The notes under the pieces are model-generated. The model did no database searches. It saw only the letters and a list, made by a program, of their open reading frames with translations, and was not told where the DNA came from. The translations under genes and the position numbers were made by a program. A stretch of DNA of 64,000 bases, from NCBI GenBank assembly GCA_036172245.1, contig JAYWIR010000033.1, positions 1 through 64,000 on the forward strand, in the 5' to 3' direction. Numbering within the stretch: the stretch's first letter is position 1; every line of letters starts with the position of its first letter. Source of the stretch: Raillietiella orientalis. Taxonomy: Eukaryota. Positions 27,377 to 40,778 of this stretch are shown in pieces.

Positions 27377-27410
27377 TTCGCCAGAGAAACCAGGTGGTTT
27401 CTTTGGCGAA
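27377..27410. repeat. 15-bp inverted repeat hairpin (one G-T pair)
   Basis: TTCGCCAGAGAAACC-aggt-GGTTTCTTTGGCGAA. Confidence 0.85.
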
Positions 27411-30400
27411 TGGTTTCTATTTGCGACATGATTCGTAGCACGCTCAGTCTGCACAATTAAATTCTGTATGCGGAATAAGGCATTTCGATTTTCCTGTTGA
27501 ATCTTCTTCTCCTATCATTTAGTTTCCTTTTCAGAACGAGTACTCTGACCCGTCCAAGTGAGACTACGCATTTCGGCGAAAAGTCTTCACTCTCCACCCC
27601 ATGATGAAGTTATTTCCTGTGCGAAGCAATAAAGGACAACTTGACCTTTCAGTAGGGAATTCTTATGTTTCAAGTCCATGGAATATTCTGCGAAATCAAT
27701 TGACTTTACGCGATGCGAAACAGGTTGCTTACAAGAGCATCTCTATCCAAATTGCAATCTGTGCGCCGAAAGTCATTTGGTAATTTCTCGAGGGATTGAG
27801 CCACTGACGCATGACAGATGCACTCCCCTCCAGCTGAGATTTACGAGTTGCGGTGGCAACGATGAGAAAAGCAGCCAATGTTGAAATCACGAAAGCGTTG
27901 TTTCGTTGCCACTTCAGGTCTCACGGCACCTGCGAAAAAATGACGGTGGTTTGGTATTTCTTGTGTTCCTTTCAAGTTCAAACCCACAGATGTGAAAACG
28001 CGTGTGGACTGAAACTTACAGAAGTTAACACATTTTGCACCACACTACCAGTTGATTTTAATACGAAAAGTGGATGAAGATCGTGCGGTATCAAACTTGT
28101 TCCAAAGTTGATTTACTTTCATGTTGTCTTGTGTGCTAGGAGTCAGCAGGGGAATCTACTTTTTATGAGGGCATGAAGATGCATTGCTATCCAATGGTTT
28201 GCTTTTCGAAGATCGACTGTGGCCGTTTTTCAAATCAAGAAATTAGGACGAAATGTTGCATCACATCATAATTAAGTCCATCACAAGCCTGGGATCGTAG
28301 AACTGTGGGCGTACTGGATGATGGGGGAGTCGTAGGATATTCTTGGATATCATGACGTTCTTTATGGAAAACACGTGCATCCAAAAACACTGAATACATT
28401 TATGTAACAGATGCTACAGGGAGTACACCGTAAGGAAATGAAGAAGATAAATTCTTGGAGCTTTGGGGAGAAAACATCCAAGCGTTGCGGGTGGAGAAAT
28501 ATGAAACTACAAGAAGGAGATGGAAGCGCAACAAAACAACACTGTTCATGTCAATTATACAGTACCATCGTGGAGTAGGAGAGTTTGAGCTCGATAAGTT
28601 TTGCGACACTAAGCGTACTAGCAGTCCAAGAGAAATATTCCTCAAGGTTGCACCATTTCTCTAAACGGCTGCTCTAAGCAGCGCCGTATCTTTTAAAGTG
28701 CCGAGAATAAGAGGGAAACTCTGAGAAGTGGAGATACTGAAAAGGTTGATTCCTACGTAACAGAAGAGACTTGACGTCCCAACTCGGCTGCCAGATGCGA
28801 ATGTCAAGTGCTGGGATAAACGAAGATTTCATCGAAATTATGACGGAATTGTAGGAGCTCACGGGATTTTGTAGCAGTTCAACTCGTTGTTGTTACGTGG
28901 CACGATCAAAGTTCTTTGCTTTCAGCACCTTTGGTGGAGTCGTGAACTGAACCGCACGGATCAGTACGGCTGTACTGCATTGACTCGTTACGCTAGATAA
29001 AAATTGCCAATCTGATCCAAGTTAGATCTCCGGAAATTTCTACTTTATCCGACTAGACTCTAAGGCATCTATCGAGAGAGATTTCCTCAAAAGGTACGGC
29101 GGCAATGCAAGCTTCACGCTGCTGCACCTTCGCGCAACCACCGCTTGGATTTTACTCCTTCTGTGTAATTTAAGCGTCTGGAGTTTTATTGCAGCGGATT
29201 ACTAAGGAGCCATTACACTGCGGTTTTGAGAGATGAACCGCTCATGAACACGCATTTCCGAAATGCAAGGTCTTAGCTCTTGGATCGTCATGAACGAAGC
29301 TGAAGAGTCTGTCCTCTTTCTGCATAATTTTAGTTTGCAATCAATTCCTTTTCACTTGGGTCTTTATTTTCCGTTTCTACGCAGCAACTGCCTTCCAGCT
29401 ATGAGCGACTTCAGACGACCCAGAGAAGTTCAGCTTTAGAAGAGTTAACAGCGTATCCGCAGAAGCCACTTGAATTCGGATTCGTTCTCTTTGATGAGTG
29501 TTGCCATTTTTTGTTTTTTTATGCAGAGATGGGTCGAAGTAGATGCGTTAGCATCATCAGTCTCTTTCGGCTCTAAGTTCAAGTGTTCTGCATCGTAGCT
29601 GTGAGCTCCTTGCTTATTTCCGTGTTGAAGAGCACTTTGCCTTCCTCTATTCATTCTCGTGCGGTGAACCCATCCGTTATCGTGAATCTTCTTTTTCTTT
29701 TTGCACCTTGTTTTGCACTTGGGCAAAACCCAACGCACGATCGTGTCGTGCATTGGGTTTTCTTCCAGTTTCCTTTCTGGGAACGGGCGCTTCTGAATAT
29801 TGGTATTATCCTGAAAACTTTCAATTTAGAAAGTCAAATGACGCAGTAAGAACTGAGACTGTGATGGCTGAACTCCGAACTGGATGCAACCGTGTCACAC
29901 CTTGTTGGACGATGCTCTCCTGTCGGTGCAAGGCTTCCCTCTTCCGTTTCCCAACCTATACAGGTAGTAAAGGCGAGGGGAACGCGCGCCGGGTTTATGG
30001 CGAATCCTGCTGATGTTTCAATGACCACTCTGCTCACGACTGCTTCACCTACACATAGAATTCCACATAGTAGCCTTGGATAGCCGGCAGGCTTTCTGAA
30101 CGGTATTTTGAAGAATCTATCGTGCTTAAACTATCGTCGAAATATATCGTGCTTCTCTCGGGAGATGTATATGGCGAGCGCGTACACGCAGCAGATGCTG
30201 GAAGTGGGAACAACTGGAGAGATTCTAAGAGCAAAACGGTACGCTTGTTACCTTTCTTGTAAGAAAGTTAACATCATCGTATCCGATCCGCTGGAAAGGA
30301 AGTGAGTTGCGCTGGAAACACGGAACGATGCACGTAAAAGAGATTAGTGTCAGTAGTGTTGGATAAGTCTGTCGTGATGTTCCAGCTGAAGGACATCTTG

Positions 30401-30666
30401 CTTCATTGGCGCCGTACTGTACAGTATATTGCAGCGAGCTGGAACTGATTCAAATAGGGAGACTGCTACGAATGCCGATTGCTTTTTATTGTATTTTCAA
30501 CATCGCCTCTTGCTGTGGACGATTTATCAGGCTGCCATATTTTCCTGTTTTGACATGCATATCATTCAGCGAGTAGCCTGATCTCTCCTTGCAGGTTCGG
30601 TGAATGGGAACCGTTGCATGAATTCAGCGGTTAAGACGTTTGGAGTAGGAGCGTAAAGCTCTACTG

Positions 30667-30698
30667 GGCCACACGGCAAAGCTCTTTGCCGTGTGGCC
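30667..30698. repeat. Perfect 15-bp inverted repeat
   Basis: GGCCACACGGCAAAG-ct-CTTTGCCGTGTGGCC. Confidence 0.95.
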
Positions 30699-31430
30699 TG
30701 TTGGATTGCTAAATTGCTATGACATCTTTCTCTCGACGCGCTGTACGCAGCTTGTGATCTCGGTTCTGCACTCGCTCCGCTTCTCCGTCTGGCAGCAAAC
30801 GCCCCTTCAGCTGGGAATCCTGGATCTTTGCATCACGTGTACTCGAGTGGGATGATTTCGAAAGCTGTGTGTGCTGGACAAGTTTGGCTCATATCGTTGC
30901 AAGTGTTGACCACGGTTCTTATTGGTTTGCAGTCCGCGTAATTTCTGATTTCTTTAGATGCGTTGGTGCATTTCGTTAGAGTGCGGCATTGGTTATTCGG
31001 ACTCATTCTGTGTGGATCTATCGGAGGGAAGATGCATTGGAGAATCTTTTTCTTTGTTGTAAGAATAGTTGCTGAAGCAGGAGATGGGCACTATTGCTCT
31101 CTTTAGCATGGTTTACATTTTTTGTTTTCTAGTTCCTTTGCCGTTGCTCAAGAAGTAATGTCTTAAACTGTTTTTATTTGTCATGAAGTATATACTTTTG
31201 CGTAGTATGGCGACCAGACTTTACTCCCTGAGAAACCTTTTTCTTTTCTAGTTTCACTTTAAGTTAAATTGTTCTCAGTTTTAGCATGCTTTTCTGGGTA
31301 TTTCTTGCATTTCAAGTCAGACTTTTACTATGAAGAAAATTTATTGCTCTGGTTGTGCATGTCGATGTTTTGCTCTCTGCACCAATGTTATTAAGTATTT
31401 TAAAATGTCACTGAATTTAATTTTGTGTAG

Positions 31431-31933
31431 ATGACTACTGTAAGTATGCTCTGCAGTACCCCAACTGACTGCGCTTGTGTCAGTAAAAACGTAACTTTGG
31501 ATAAGGATAGAATCATAGTGGATCTACTATTCTTTACACGTTTGGATGGATCTTGCATTCTCTTTTTCGACAACACTGCTACAAAGTGTGAAATGTTATA
31601 TAGTAATCGATTTCTTGTTAGTCCTGCGGGGAGTTGTCGGCTGGACATCGAGGTAAGTGGAGTGCACTTAGCCACTGGTTATTATAATGCCTCTAGGTGG
31701 CAGGACCTTATGCTACGGAGTATATTAATTATTTTCTTGATGGTCCAGATGATTCTTGTACTGTAAACTACCCAGATAGAATTGTAACGTACGTATCGTT
31801 CTACAATCTAGTTTGGTTTTCCAGAGGCTTTGCATATAGCATTTTGGGTTATGAGAATATATTTCATGTTTCCATTCATTCTGACGCGTGGTGTGTGACA
31901 GTACGTACCAAATATCGTGCTTGCACATGTTGA
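31431..31933 (+). other. Possible host-gene exons (Cys-containing, unidentified)
   Basis: Preceded by acceptor-like ttttgtgtag; two overlapping ORFs (111 aa and 78 aa); no recognisable domain. Confidence 0.2.
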
Positions 31934-33357
31934 ATTCGTGGAATGTGTGAGCAACGAAAGCATTTTTCTCCATAGCAAAGCATTCGATTTCTGCGCAAGT
32001 TCCTTCTCAGATCACCCATAATTTCTCTTGTATGGGGTTGTGGTTATTTGGGATTGTATCGACTTCTTTTCTTACACTGTTTCTAAATTCTATCGCAGCA
32101 GTTCCTCATAGAATTGCATGTAAGTTATCTTCATTGCATGTATTTTCGGATTTCGATGAAGATTATTCGATTCCCAAGAGGACCCTAAGAAATTTTTCAG
32201 ATTACGTAGAGGCCGTAACCTTCAGCCAGTACCTGGCAGCCTAAGATGCCGTTGGCCTGCAGGAACAGTTGTGGCGGTGAAGTTGAAGGGAGAAACTGAT
32301 TGAACGACGCTGCAACTTAGTTGCTGCGTAGAATAAAGTCCCTGTAGCTTCCGGTTTTGTCTCTTAAGGAAATACGAGCTGCAGCTACATAAGAGTCGCA
32401 GAGCTCATAATTCCTAGCTTGGCGATGAGAACTTGAGAAGATGTACTGAGAAAACACCACAACATGCTCCATGTGTCAACTGAACCCTTGAAAATTGCAA
32501 ATAGCATACGAAACTAACAGTTTTCAGAGTTGCGTTCACAACATTTTATGACCATTCGGTATTCTACGGAGTGCTTTATTATGCTTTCCTGTTGGCTTCT
32601 ATTCATTACATAACGAGCGTTGTTACTATTTATTCAAAATCACAATATTCTCAGCTCGAAGTTTTTGACCGCGAAATATGCAGCGCATTAGCGAGATTCG
32701 CCAAGGTCCACGCACTATTGATGGTTTGGAGCACCTTAAAGGACATCCTGTTTATTCACAGCGGAACCAATGCGGTGCGGCTCATCACGTCCGACCTTCG
32801 TCTTCTGCCTACGAATCCATAGGTGGAAAACACTTACGTTCATCTGTAGTTCGCACTCAAGTTTCCATCACACTTAAAATGCGGAGAACGAGGACACCAA
32901 TCCAGAAATTGCCCTTTGTGTCAATGCAGATACAACAGGTTACCCGGAAACGACATAAGAAATTGTATGAAAATTAAACGCAAAAAGGCAGATTTAAGGT
33001 ATTGCGGTGCGGAAAAGTTCGCGGTTAAAAAGAACACTCTAAGAGAAAAACAAAAGGTGCGGTAGAAGACAGGTAAAAGTGTTTGTCAGCAGCAAAAGAC
33101 CTCGCTCTTGAAGCAACGAGTGCCCCTCTTAGGGCAGGGTAGCCCCAAGAGGAAATTCGCGCCTATGGAAAGCGCTCTTGCCTCAGGTCGGGTAACCACA
33201 CTAGCGCCATCGGGCTTCATGAAGCCCGAGTGATTGGCGGTGACAAAATATGGAACGAATAGCAATGTCGATGAAGCAAAGCGTGTTTGTTCCCCTCTTA
33301 CCCCCCCGAATGGCTTAAAAGAAAAAGAAAATAAGGAGAGATCCGATACACCTTGGA

Positions 33358-34250
33358 TTTCCACCCGGGTTAGCCGGAGCTTTTATTATTAAAAATTTTT
33401 ACAATCACGTATTTTACAATGAAATCCTCTCGTCTGTACTTGTGTTCCATTCAGAACACATTGTTTTTATTGTCTTATGCACTTGTCATTTCCGAAATGT
33501 ATGCCGATGAGGTCTTCTCCACTGACGAAGGAAACGGGAAGAAGAGCAAAAAAAACAAAACAAAGAAACAATAAAAAGAAAAAACGCTTGGAGGACAATG
33601 TCTATAGGGTGGTTAGGGAAGGAAAGGGATCACGGTACGCCGTGGGGAGGCCTTTGCATCCGGGTTTGAATGTGAACAAGTGCCGGCAAATGTTTGTTCA
33701 GTCGACGCCAACGGCAGGCCTTCTCCAACGAGATGGCTGCCCAGTGGATGACAGTCCGACTGATGAGGCCTCTCCTCGAGGCGGTTTAATTTTTTTAGAA
33801 TTCCGCGTATGCAACAGAGCACAGCTACACACCCGCAAGCTGGCATGGCGTCTTGCTTCAGTAGGCGTCTAAAAATGTTCTGAAGGTCGCCCCACGGAAT
33901 GTTCAAGATCGACGAGAGTCGATCCCACATCTGACGGAGGGCACCACACTCGATGAGTACGTGGGGGCAGGTGTCTCCCTCTCCGCACTCTGCGCAGTTG
34001 ACATCCATACTTTCCGATGTCCAGTGAGACAGGCGCACTCTGCTTAAAGTCCCCAATGGAGCAGAAGCAACGCCATCTTCTACCATTCCAGGGTAAGAAT
34101 GCCATATCCACGAAACGATGGGGGCCATTTCACCTTCTCCGTAGACACACCGAGCACCTCGCTTCAGCGCACAATTCTATTTGGCGGCACACTCGTTGTT
34201 GTAGCTTCTCCTAGTTTCCGGGGCGTCCACGCCTTCATGAGTTTTACGTC
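33358..34250 (-). mobile_element. LINE lineage H: ORF2 C-terminus and 3' end
   Basis: CAECGEGDTCPHVLIEC, AVLCCIRGIL; terminal motif TTTCCACCCGGGTTAGCCGGAGCTTTTATT. Confidence 0.85.
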
Positions 34251-34299
34251 GTTTATCGTTTTACGATCTACCGCAGTAGCTGGTTAGCGTTCATGCCTC

Positions 34300-36368
34300 G
34301 ATGGAGGCAAGAGAAATCCACCTTGGAATGTTGGAAATCCAAAACACTTTCCGCGTCCAGGCGCGCAGCCGCGAGAAGCTTTACACTTCCACAGTGAGAG
34401 GGCAAGCATTGGCAGTTGCCAACGAGACCCCGAAAAAGCGGTTCAAACCTGCTGCGAAGGCACTGCCGCTGTTTGTCGTGGTGGAAACGTCGGAAGTTCT
34501 GAAGAAGTGATATGCGATCGCTTCCAACGATGGTCAAGTAAGACGCACGATTGTGAAGAAGAGCATGAATGAAAAGGCTATAAAATGCGCTCGAAAACCT
34601 GGTTCCAAGATTCTCTCAAAAGCAATGAGCGATGAGGATTCCGTGAGCAGGCTCCTCACGCGATAGCGCGATTCGCTATTCAAATCTCGCGCATCCGCAA
34701 AGCAACCGTAACTAAAAGAGACGCTGTGATCACGGAACCCAATGTCAGAACTGCCTTGGAGCTAGCAGACACTGCCAGTTTTTCGATGAAGGCGAAGAGC
34801 CAGCGATTTCTGAGTTCCATCAAGTTGCCATCGGGGGATCATCGATTGCTTTTTGTCCTACCAAAAGTCTGCACCTTCGGCAGATTTGCTGGAGTCACTC
34901 AGAATAAAGAACCAGGACAAGAACTTGTTAGCGAAAGCAGTTGGATAGGGTGGACGTGCTCCGCTTCTTAGGAAGTGAAGAAGAAGATTCAGGGAAGCAC
35001 TGCAGAGTTGCCACACGGCTGCATGCAGAGCGATAGCGGCCGTGGGCGAAATTACTGTCCAACAAGTGGTGCTGCTCACTGTCCTCCTGACTAATAAAAC
35101 TAGCAAAAAGCTGACATCTTATCAGCACTAATAAGAAGAAATGCGTCTTATCGGCATCTGTTTGTTGCATGCGCGAACGTGACCGAAATGCAGGACGTCG
35201 AAAAGAGGCAACTAGCAGGCAACGGCCTTCACTCCATCAAGCTCGTGCCTCCGTAGGGAATGCACCAAGATCTCTTTGGAGATTTTCGCGCAATCCATAA
35301 GTATACTTCACAAACAACCGCTCTATTCCATACCCTCCTTATTCTAATATATTCCTAGGAGGAATCATAAAATCATAAGAAATACACTCCACATGAGCTT
35401 TTGGAAGTCACAAATGAACCCCATAAACTGACAACTTTACAAAAAAAAAACCTATTAATACTAAACCCTGCCGAAATCGAGAAACGCGATGAGGGAACGC
35501 CACCTTTGTAATGCGATGTCGCACGTATGAATGCAGTGGCGTTTCTCGCAAGAGGCAAATTCGAGAAATCAATGCGTGGCGTTGATTACGACAAGACCGG
35601 ACTATTGGACCAAGCTGTCGTTAAAGGGTTCGACTCAATCGATCTCCTCGCTACGAACGTCTAGGAGCCGAGTGGCATAAACTGTCTCGCCAAATCGATC
35701 GCATTCTTTTGCAAAGTGCAGTGCCACTAACTGAATATCTTTAGCCTATAATTGGCTCACATATTCTCGAGGGACTGCAAAGTCTGCCTGCTATCGGACG
35801 ACTGGATCTACCCAATGGTGTGCTCGCTAGCCATCGAGATGTGCGCGTATGTGCACGCAACCAACTTCATGAACCGCGAACCTGGGTAAAAGGATCGCTA
35901 ATTTATTTGGTTTTCGATGATAACCTGTATTCCTGCGTGAAGAGGACAGGAAGAATGCCACCTGAGCTGCCGGACCAGCACAGATTGGAATTCGAGCTTC
36001 CCATGCTAGGCAAGAGCCCTCTGTACAAGAACAGGAGCTTTTCAAGGAAATGGCATAGCTATTGGTAAGCCGCTGAACATGTTTGTCAGCATCTTCGCGA
36101 CTTTGTAATCTGAAAACACTCGGACACTGGCCATCTGAAAAGCTATGTCCGCGAGCTCTGCAGCTGGTTCCCTTTGCATCGCCTTCCACGCGGCTCCGGG
36201 AAACTCGTGGCTAATAGTTGAAAATTTCTGAAGGCGCTTACCTTTTCCACAATCGTGTACTTCCAGCATCTTGCAGAGTGAAAGGCAAGTGCCGAGCGCT
36301 AAATCTGGTAGTGCAGGACGGATTGCCCACCCCACGAGAGGAGCAGGAAATGCTCGACCTAAAACGAT
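34300..36368 (+). pseudogene. Old G-like ORF1 tail, APE and linker remnant
   Basis: Remnants of GQL..DSIDLLATNV, PDQHRLEFELP, FPL and ERxIW; ends at the equivalent of the ECSxxxxV site. Confidence 0.65.
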
Positions 36369-36880
36369 GTTTAACAACCAGATATGTCGAAGTATTCATT
36401 AAGAAGATTTTCTTTACAACGCTGATCTTCAAGGACGAAAGAAAAGGAAGAAGAAACACACAAATAAAGGAAAAGAATTGAAAAAGAGGACGAAACATTT
36501 ATTGTAGCAAGGGAAGGCAGTGAATTAATCACTGTTCGTTCAGATTCGTCTTCGGGCTCTGACATGCTCTCCGTTTAAATTATTTTTGTGAGACCATCTT
36601 TACTAAGTCCTCAAAAAGATCGTGGTCCGAGCAGTTCGCTTGGATTCAGAAGTTTTTTAGACTTGAAGCTCGAAGACGGAATGTCCAATATCTCTTGTAT
36701 CGTTCACGCTTCTAATAGTCTCCTTGTGCCTCCAATGAAACAGGACACCTCCAACAGTGCTTGATTGTTTCTGTCCCTAGTGTTTGTGAGGAAGAGAAGC
36801 AAGGGAGAAAAAAAGGTAGAAGGAGCCAGCACAGCAATTTGCGCGGGTTTTTCATAATCTAGTTCAAGTATCGTCGAGTG
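36369..36880 (-). pseudogene. Old D-like 3' end with internal deletions
   Basis: gtttaacaaccagatatgtcgaagtattcatt is a degenerate form of the D terminal motif at 7771-7802, followed by a similar UTR and C-terminus. Confidence 0.6.
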
Positions 36881-36892
36881 AATCTTCGTGGA

Positions 36893-37250
36893 TCTCTACT
36901 CGGTTATGCCAGGGCTTTTACTATGGAAAATTTTCACCAATAAAAATTCCATAAACAGTCCTGTCTTTGAAAAAAATTAATAAAGTTTTCTTCTTTTTGT
37001 TTCGACAGACAGAGTTCTGAAGGTCTTTAAAGACCTGTCCTTACCGATCCTGAAGCAGGTAAGGTCCTCTCCTCTAGCTCAGAAGGCTGAAAAGATAGGG
37101 AAAACAAGAAAAAAAACTACGAAGACACTGTTTTTTGGAAAATGAGGAAATGGAACTGATCACGGTACGCCGTGGGGAGGCCTCTGCATTCGGGTATAGA
37201 TGCCATCAAGTGCCGACAGAAGTTTAATTGGTACGCGCTAAAGAAACGCC
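36893..37250 (-). mobile_element. H-like 3' end
   Basis: gatcacggtacgccgtggggaggcct is shared with 33628-33653; degenerate terminal motif. Confidence 0.75.
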
Positions 37251-37868
37251 ATCTGCAGAGAGATGTTGCTCTCCGCCAGATGTGGGATGGACTCTCGTCG
37301 GCCCTAAACATTCCGGTTGGCGACCCAAAATACATTTTTAGACGCCTCCTGTTGCTAGACGCCATGCAAGCCTCCGCATGTGTAGCAGTGCTATATTGCA
37401 TACGCAGAATTTTGGGGAAGTGGAATGCAACCAGGAGAGGACGAAGTAGTCGGAATGCTATCCACTGGGAAACCGTCTCTTTGTAGAAGCCTCCCCGTTG
37501 GAGCTGACTTAACAAACATTTGCCGGCACTTGTTCGCATCCAATCCGGGATACAGAAGCCTCCCCACGGCTCACTGTGATCCCTTCCCTTACCTTTCCTC
37601 CCAAGAAACAATGTGCCTCCAGCGTTTTTCTTTTCTTGTTTATTTTATTCTATTTTTTTTTGCTTTTTCCCATCCCTTGCGTCAGTAGAGAAACTTATAG
37701 GCTTACAGGTCGGTAAGCATAAGTGTCCGCAGAAAGTTTGGACATGTGAGTTGACCGGAAAAAAAAAACAAACACAAAAACCAAAACATTGACAACAAAT
37801 AATTGTATCATGAAATTTTGCTTCGTAAATATTTTTATAATGAATGCCCCGGCTTACCCTTGTGAAAA
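37251..37868 (+). mobile_element. H-like ORF2 C-terminus and 3' end
   Basis: ALRQMWDGLSSALNIPVGDPKYIFRRLL; GTGATCCCTTCCC; aatgaatgccccggcttacccttgtgaaaa. Confidence 0.82.
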
Positions 37869-38375
37869 TCCACGTTTCGTTGCTCCTCTGGTTTAGTTTG
37901 GCTGCCCACCGCCTTCGTCTCGTATCAGTCATGTCGACTGAAGCACCAGGGGTGCCAACACTATCGCGTAGCACCGGAGGAACTCTGCGGGCAAGTCGTC
38001 CTTCCTTGGAGCTTTACGCCTCTTGAGCCTTTGGATACCCGAGAGGATTTCGACGGTGGTAAAAGCCTCGTCGAGACTTAAATTCTCCTCCTTTCCTATT
38101 ACTGAGGCATCATCCGGAAGCAAGCTCCGGGAGGCGTCTCGCTCCGGGGAGGCCCTGGTGTAGAGGGAGGAATAAAATCTCACGAGGTGTTGTATTCTAG
38201 CCGGGGCCGAGTGCTTCCGGCTCTGGTCGACCAGCAAGCTGGCCGACCTGGATTACCAAACTTTGCGCTCACCCCCGACGCGGTATTCGGCCAGACGACG
38301 GACGTTGGGGTCCTTACGTAATTACGGGCATACTAATACGCCCTTTCGTTGCGGACCCGCTGCCCAGATCCTGCC
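37869..38375 (-). pseudogene. E-like ORF2 linker resuming at the GFG site, deleted to a short C-terminal piece
   Basis: RTPNVRRLAEYR, FYSSLY, KRRKAP, then AKLNQRSNETW. Confidence 0.85.
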
Positions 38376-40205
38376 GCGAGCGGACGTGTTTCTCCGTCGG
38401 TCCGCTAGCGAGTTCGGAAAGCGTTTTTTTCCTGTGTGGTGTTTGATTTCGCATCGAAGGTGTACAGTGGCTTCGATGCTTGAGGACATCGCGATGGATG
38501 TAGGTATGAAGGAGGTGAGTTCATCCCCACAGCCTACTTTGACGGAGGCATCCGACACGGAGACATCTTCTCCGACGGCGAGGACATGGAGCTCCACGGT
38601 AGCCTCGCCTTGCGCGGAAACCTTGGCTGAACAGTCGGTCTAAAGGTTAGAAGGGTACACGCCCTTGCTTGTCTATAAGATAGGCCCATTATTGGACGGC
38701 AATACTGCACGTGCCTTCACGAAGGCGCTGCAGTCTGCGAATGAACTGGAACAAGTCCTTGACGGCCTCTCCGCCCTCAGCGGGGGTCACCGCATCGAGG
38801 AAGTGTGCAAAGACATCACCTTGGCACATTGTTTGCAAAGTAACCCACTCACTTTAGACAGCCGCAAGATTTACCCGGTTACGATGGAACGATCCGTGGT
38901 GGTCCATCTTACTGGCATCACTAACCGCATGACGCTCTTTGCGGTTAGTGAAGTGTTGAATAAAACTGGAGACGTGCACGCGCTGCGGGAGAAGTCCACA
39001 ATATCCGAAAGCTAGAACAGCCTCTTGTGGGGTCAAGCCGCGGCGCGTGTTACAACAGAAGGGAATGGTGGGCTTCCCAACAAACTGGAAGTGGCCAACG
39101 AGGCCGTCCACCTCTGGTACGTGGGAAATCCACGTCATTGCGAGTACCGAAATGCATTAGGGCACCTCCGTAAGAGGTGCCCCAATATTAAGTGCTATTT
39201 GTGCAGGGAAAAGGGACACCTTGGAAGCGTGTGTCCGAAAGGCCTCACCCCGGTACCGCCTGCATACAAAAAGGCGCAGGCAAAGAGAAAAAATAAGGTT
39301 AAAAGACCTAAAAGAGAAAGCGGCCGACGGCATCCGCCATTCCCCCTTCTTGCAACACAGGTGTCTAAGGAAACAGTTTCCGAAGACGTGGGAATTCAGG
39401 AGGGCTGCAAGTTGGTAAACGACAAAAAGCAAGAACCAGCTGCGAAAACCGAGAAAAAAGCGGAGAAACTGTCGACCGGCGCGATTTACAAAAAGTAGAA
39501 GCCTCGTCTCGAAACCCTCCGTGAGTGCTCGGTAGCACTGGAGAGCATCGCCGTTCGCGAAGCTAACAGACGGAGCGAAGATACTCCTCTTACCGCTTGT
39601 GCCGCGCCTGAGGTTCGCAAAGGCAAAATGTCTATTTCCAGAGACCCTGAGCCTCGCGATGCGACCTCTAAAAACGAGGACCCACTTTCGAAAAGGCGGC
39701 GCTGGAGCTCGCGGCAACGCTTGCGGATAGGGAGAACCCCTCGCGCAAGGCTGTGCGAAGGCCGGCACCACAGAACAAGACCCTCGCAGGTGAGTGCGAA
39801 CTGTAGGCCGGAAGCACATTCTCCTCTGAGGAGGAACCACCCTGGAAAGCGGGACACAAGTCCCCTAAACCCAGGAGGCACCTTCCATCCACCAGCGAGG
39901 AGGAGAAGATGGTAGCCGTCAACTGAGAGGGAATCCCGGAGGGGGAACTCCTACGCTCGGAGGTTGCCGAATAGATCACCCCAATAGAGGAGCGTGAGCA
40001 GAGGCGTGAATTTCTTCTTACAGTCGCCGACCGTGAACAGACCGCGCCCATGGAGGAGCTCCAACAGGTAGGCGCGACCCCAACAGCGGGTAACCCGCCC
40101 AACGCTCCGACAACCTTGCAGAATGGGAACCAGGTGCACGAAGCACCTTCCCTTCCTCCACCTAGCGTCCCGCCCCAACAGATGGCGGACGCCGCAGCAC
40201 CACTT
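38376..40205 (+). mobile_element. E-like LINE: 5' end and decayed ORF1
   Basis: 5' GCGAGCGGACGTGT, ARTWS, HLWYVG, CYLCREKGHLGSVC; collinear with E ORF1. Confidence 0.9.
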
Positions 40206-40778
40206 TATCAGGATTTGTCGAAGGGCAACGCAATCCTAGTGGATTGTGTTGCCCTTCGGCCCCTCTGGTTCCGCTTTGCCGCGGCCGTCGGTATCCCCTG
40301 CGGCAATCATAGGGACGCTCTAAAATCCTTTTCGTTGCCGACGCCCTTCGCCCAGCGTCCTCGATAGCAGCCTTGTGCAGCCTTCGTGGGATCGTTGCTG
40401 CATGAGGCACGGCAACGTGAAGACAGGGAGATCGGAATACTATCCAGTGCGCCTCTTAATTCCTGAGAAAGGCGTCGCGATGGCCTTCCCTCGATCTTCA
40501 GATCCAACAAGAGCTTGCCGGCATTCTGAGAAAGATGATGCGGCCTCAGCAGGACCACTGATCCCTTCCCGTATTCTCGCACTCTTTGTTTCTTTTTGTT
40601 TAGTTTTTCCTTATTTCCCCCTTCCCCGGCTGCTTTGGTGGACCGAGCCGGTCTGGGAACCGGTGACTCGGCAGGCACCGTGGTTCTTCGCTTGTGGACG
40701 GAGCATTGCTACACCCATTAAACTTTCCACTATAAAGTTTATTTTTTAATAAAGCACTTGGAGAAATCCGGGTAAAAA
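40206..40778 (+). mobile_element. ORF2 C-terminus and 3' end joined by deletion
   Basis: ILVDCVALRPLW, TGATCCCTTCCC at 40559, AATAAA at 40748 plus degenerate hairpin. Confidence 0.82.

Noticed and set aside
28260..28700. Possible DNA-transposase remnant
   Set aside because: Short broken ORFs with no motif I can name.
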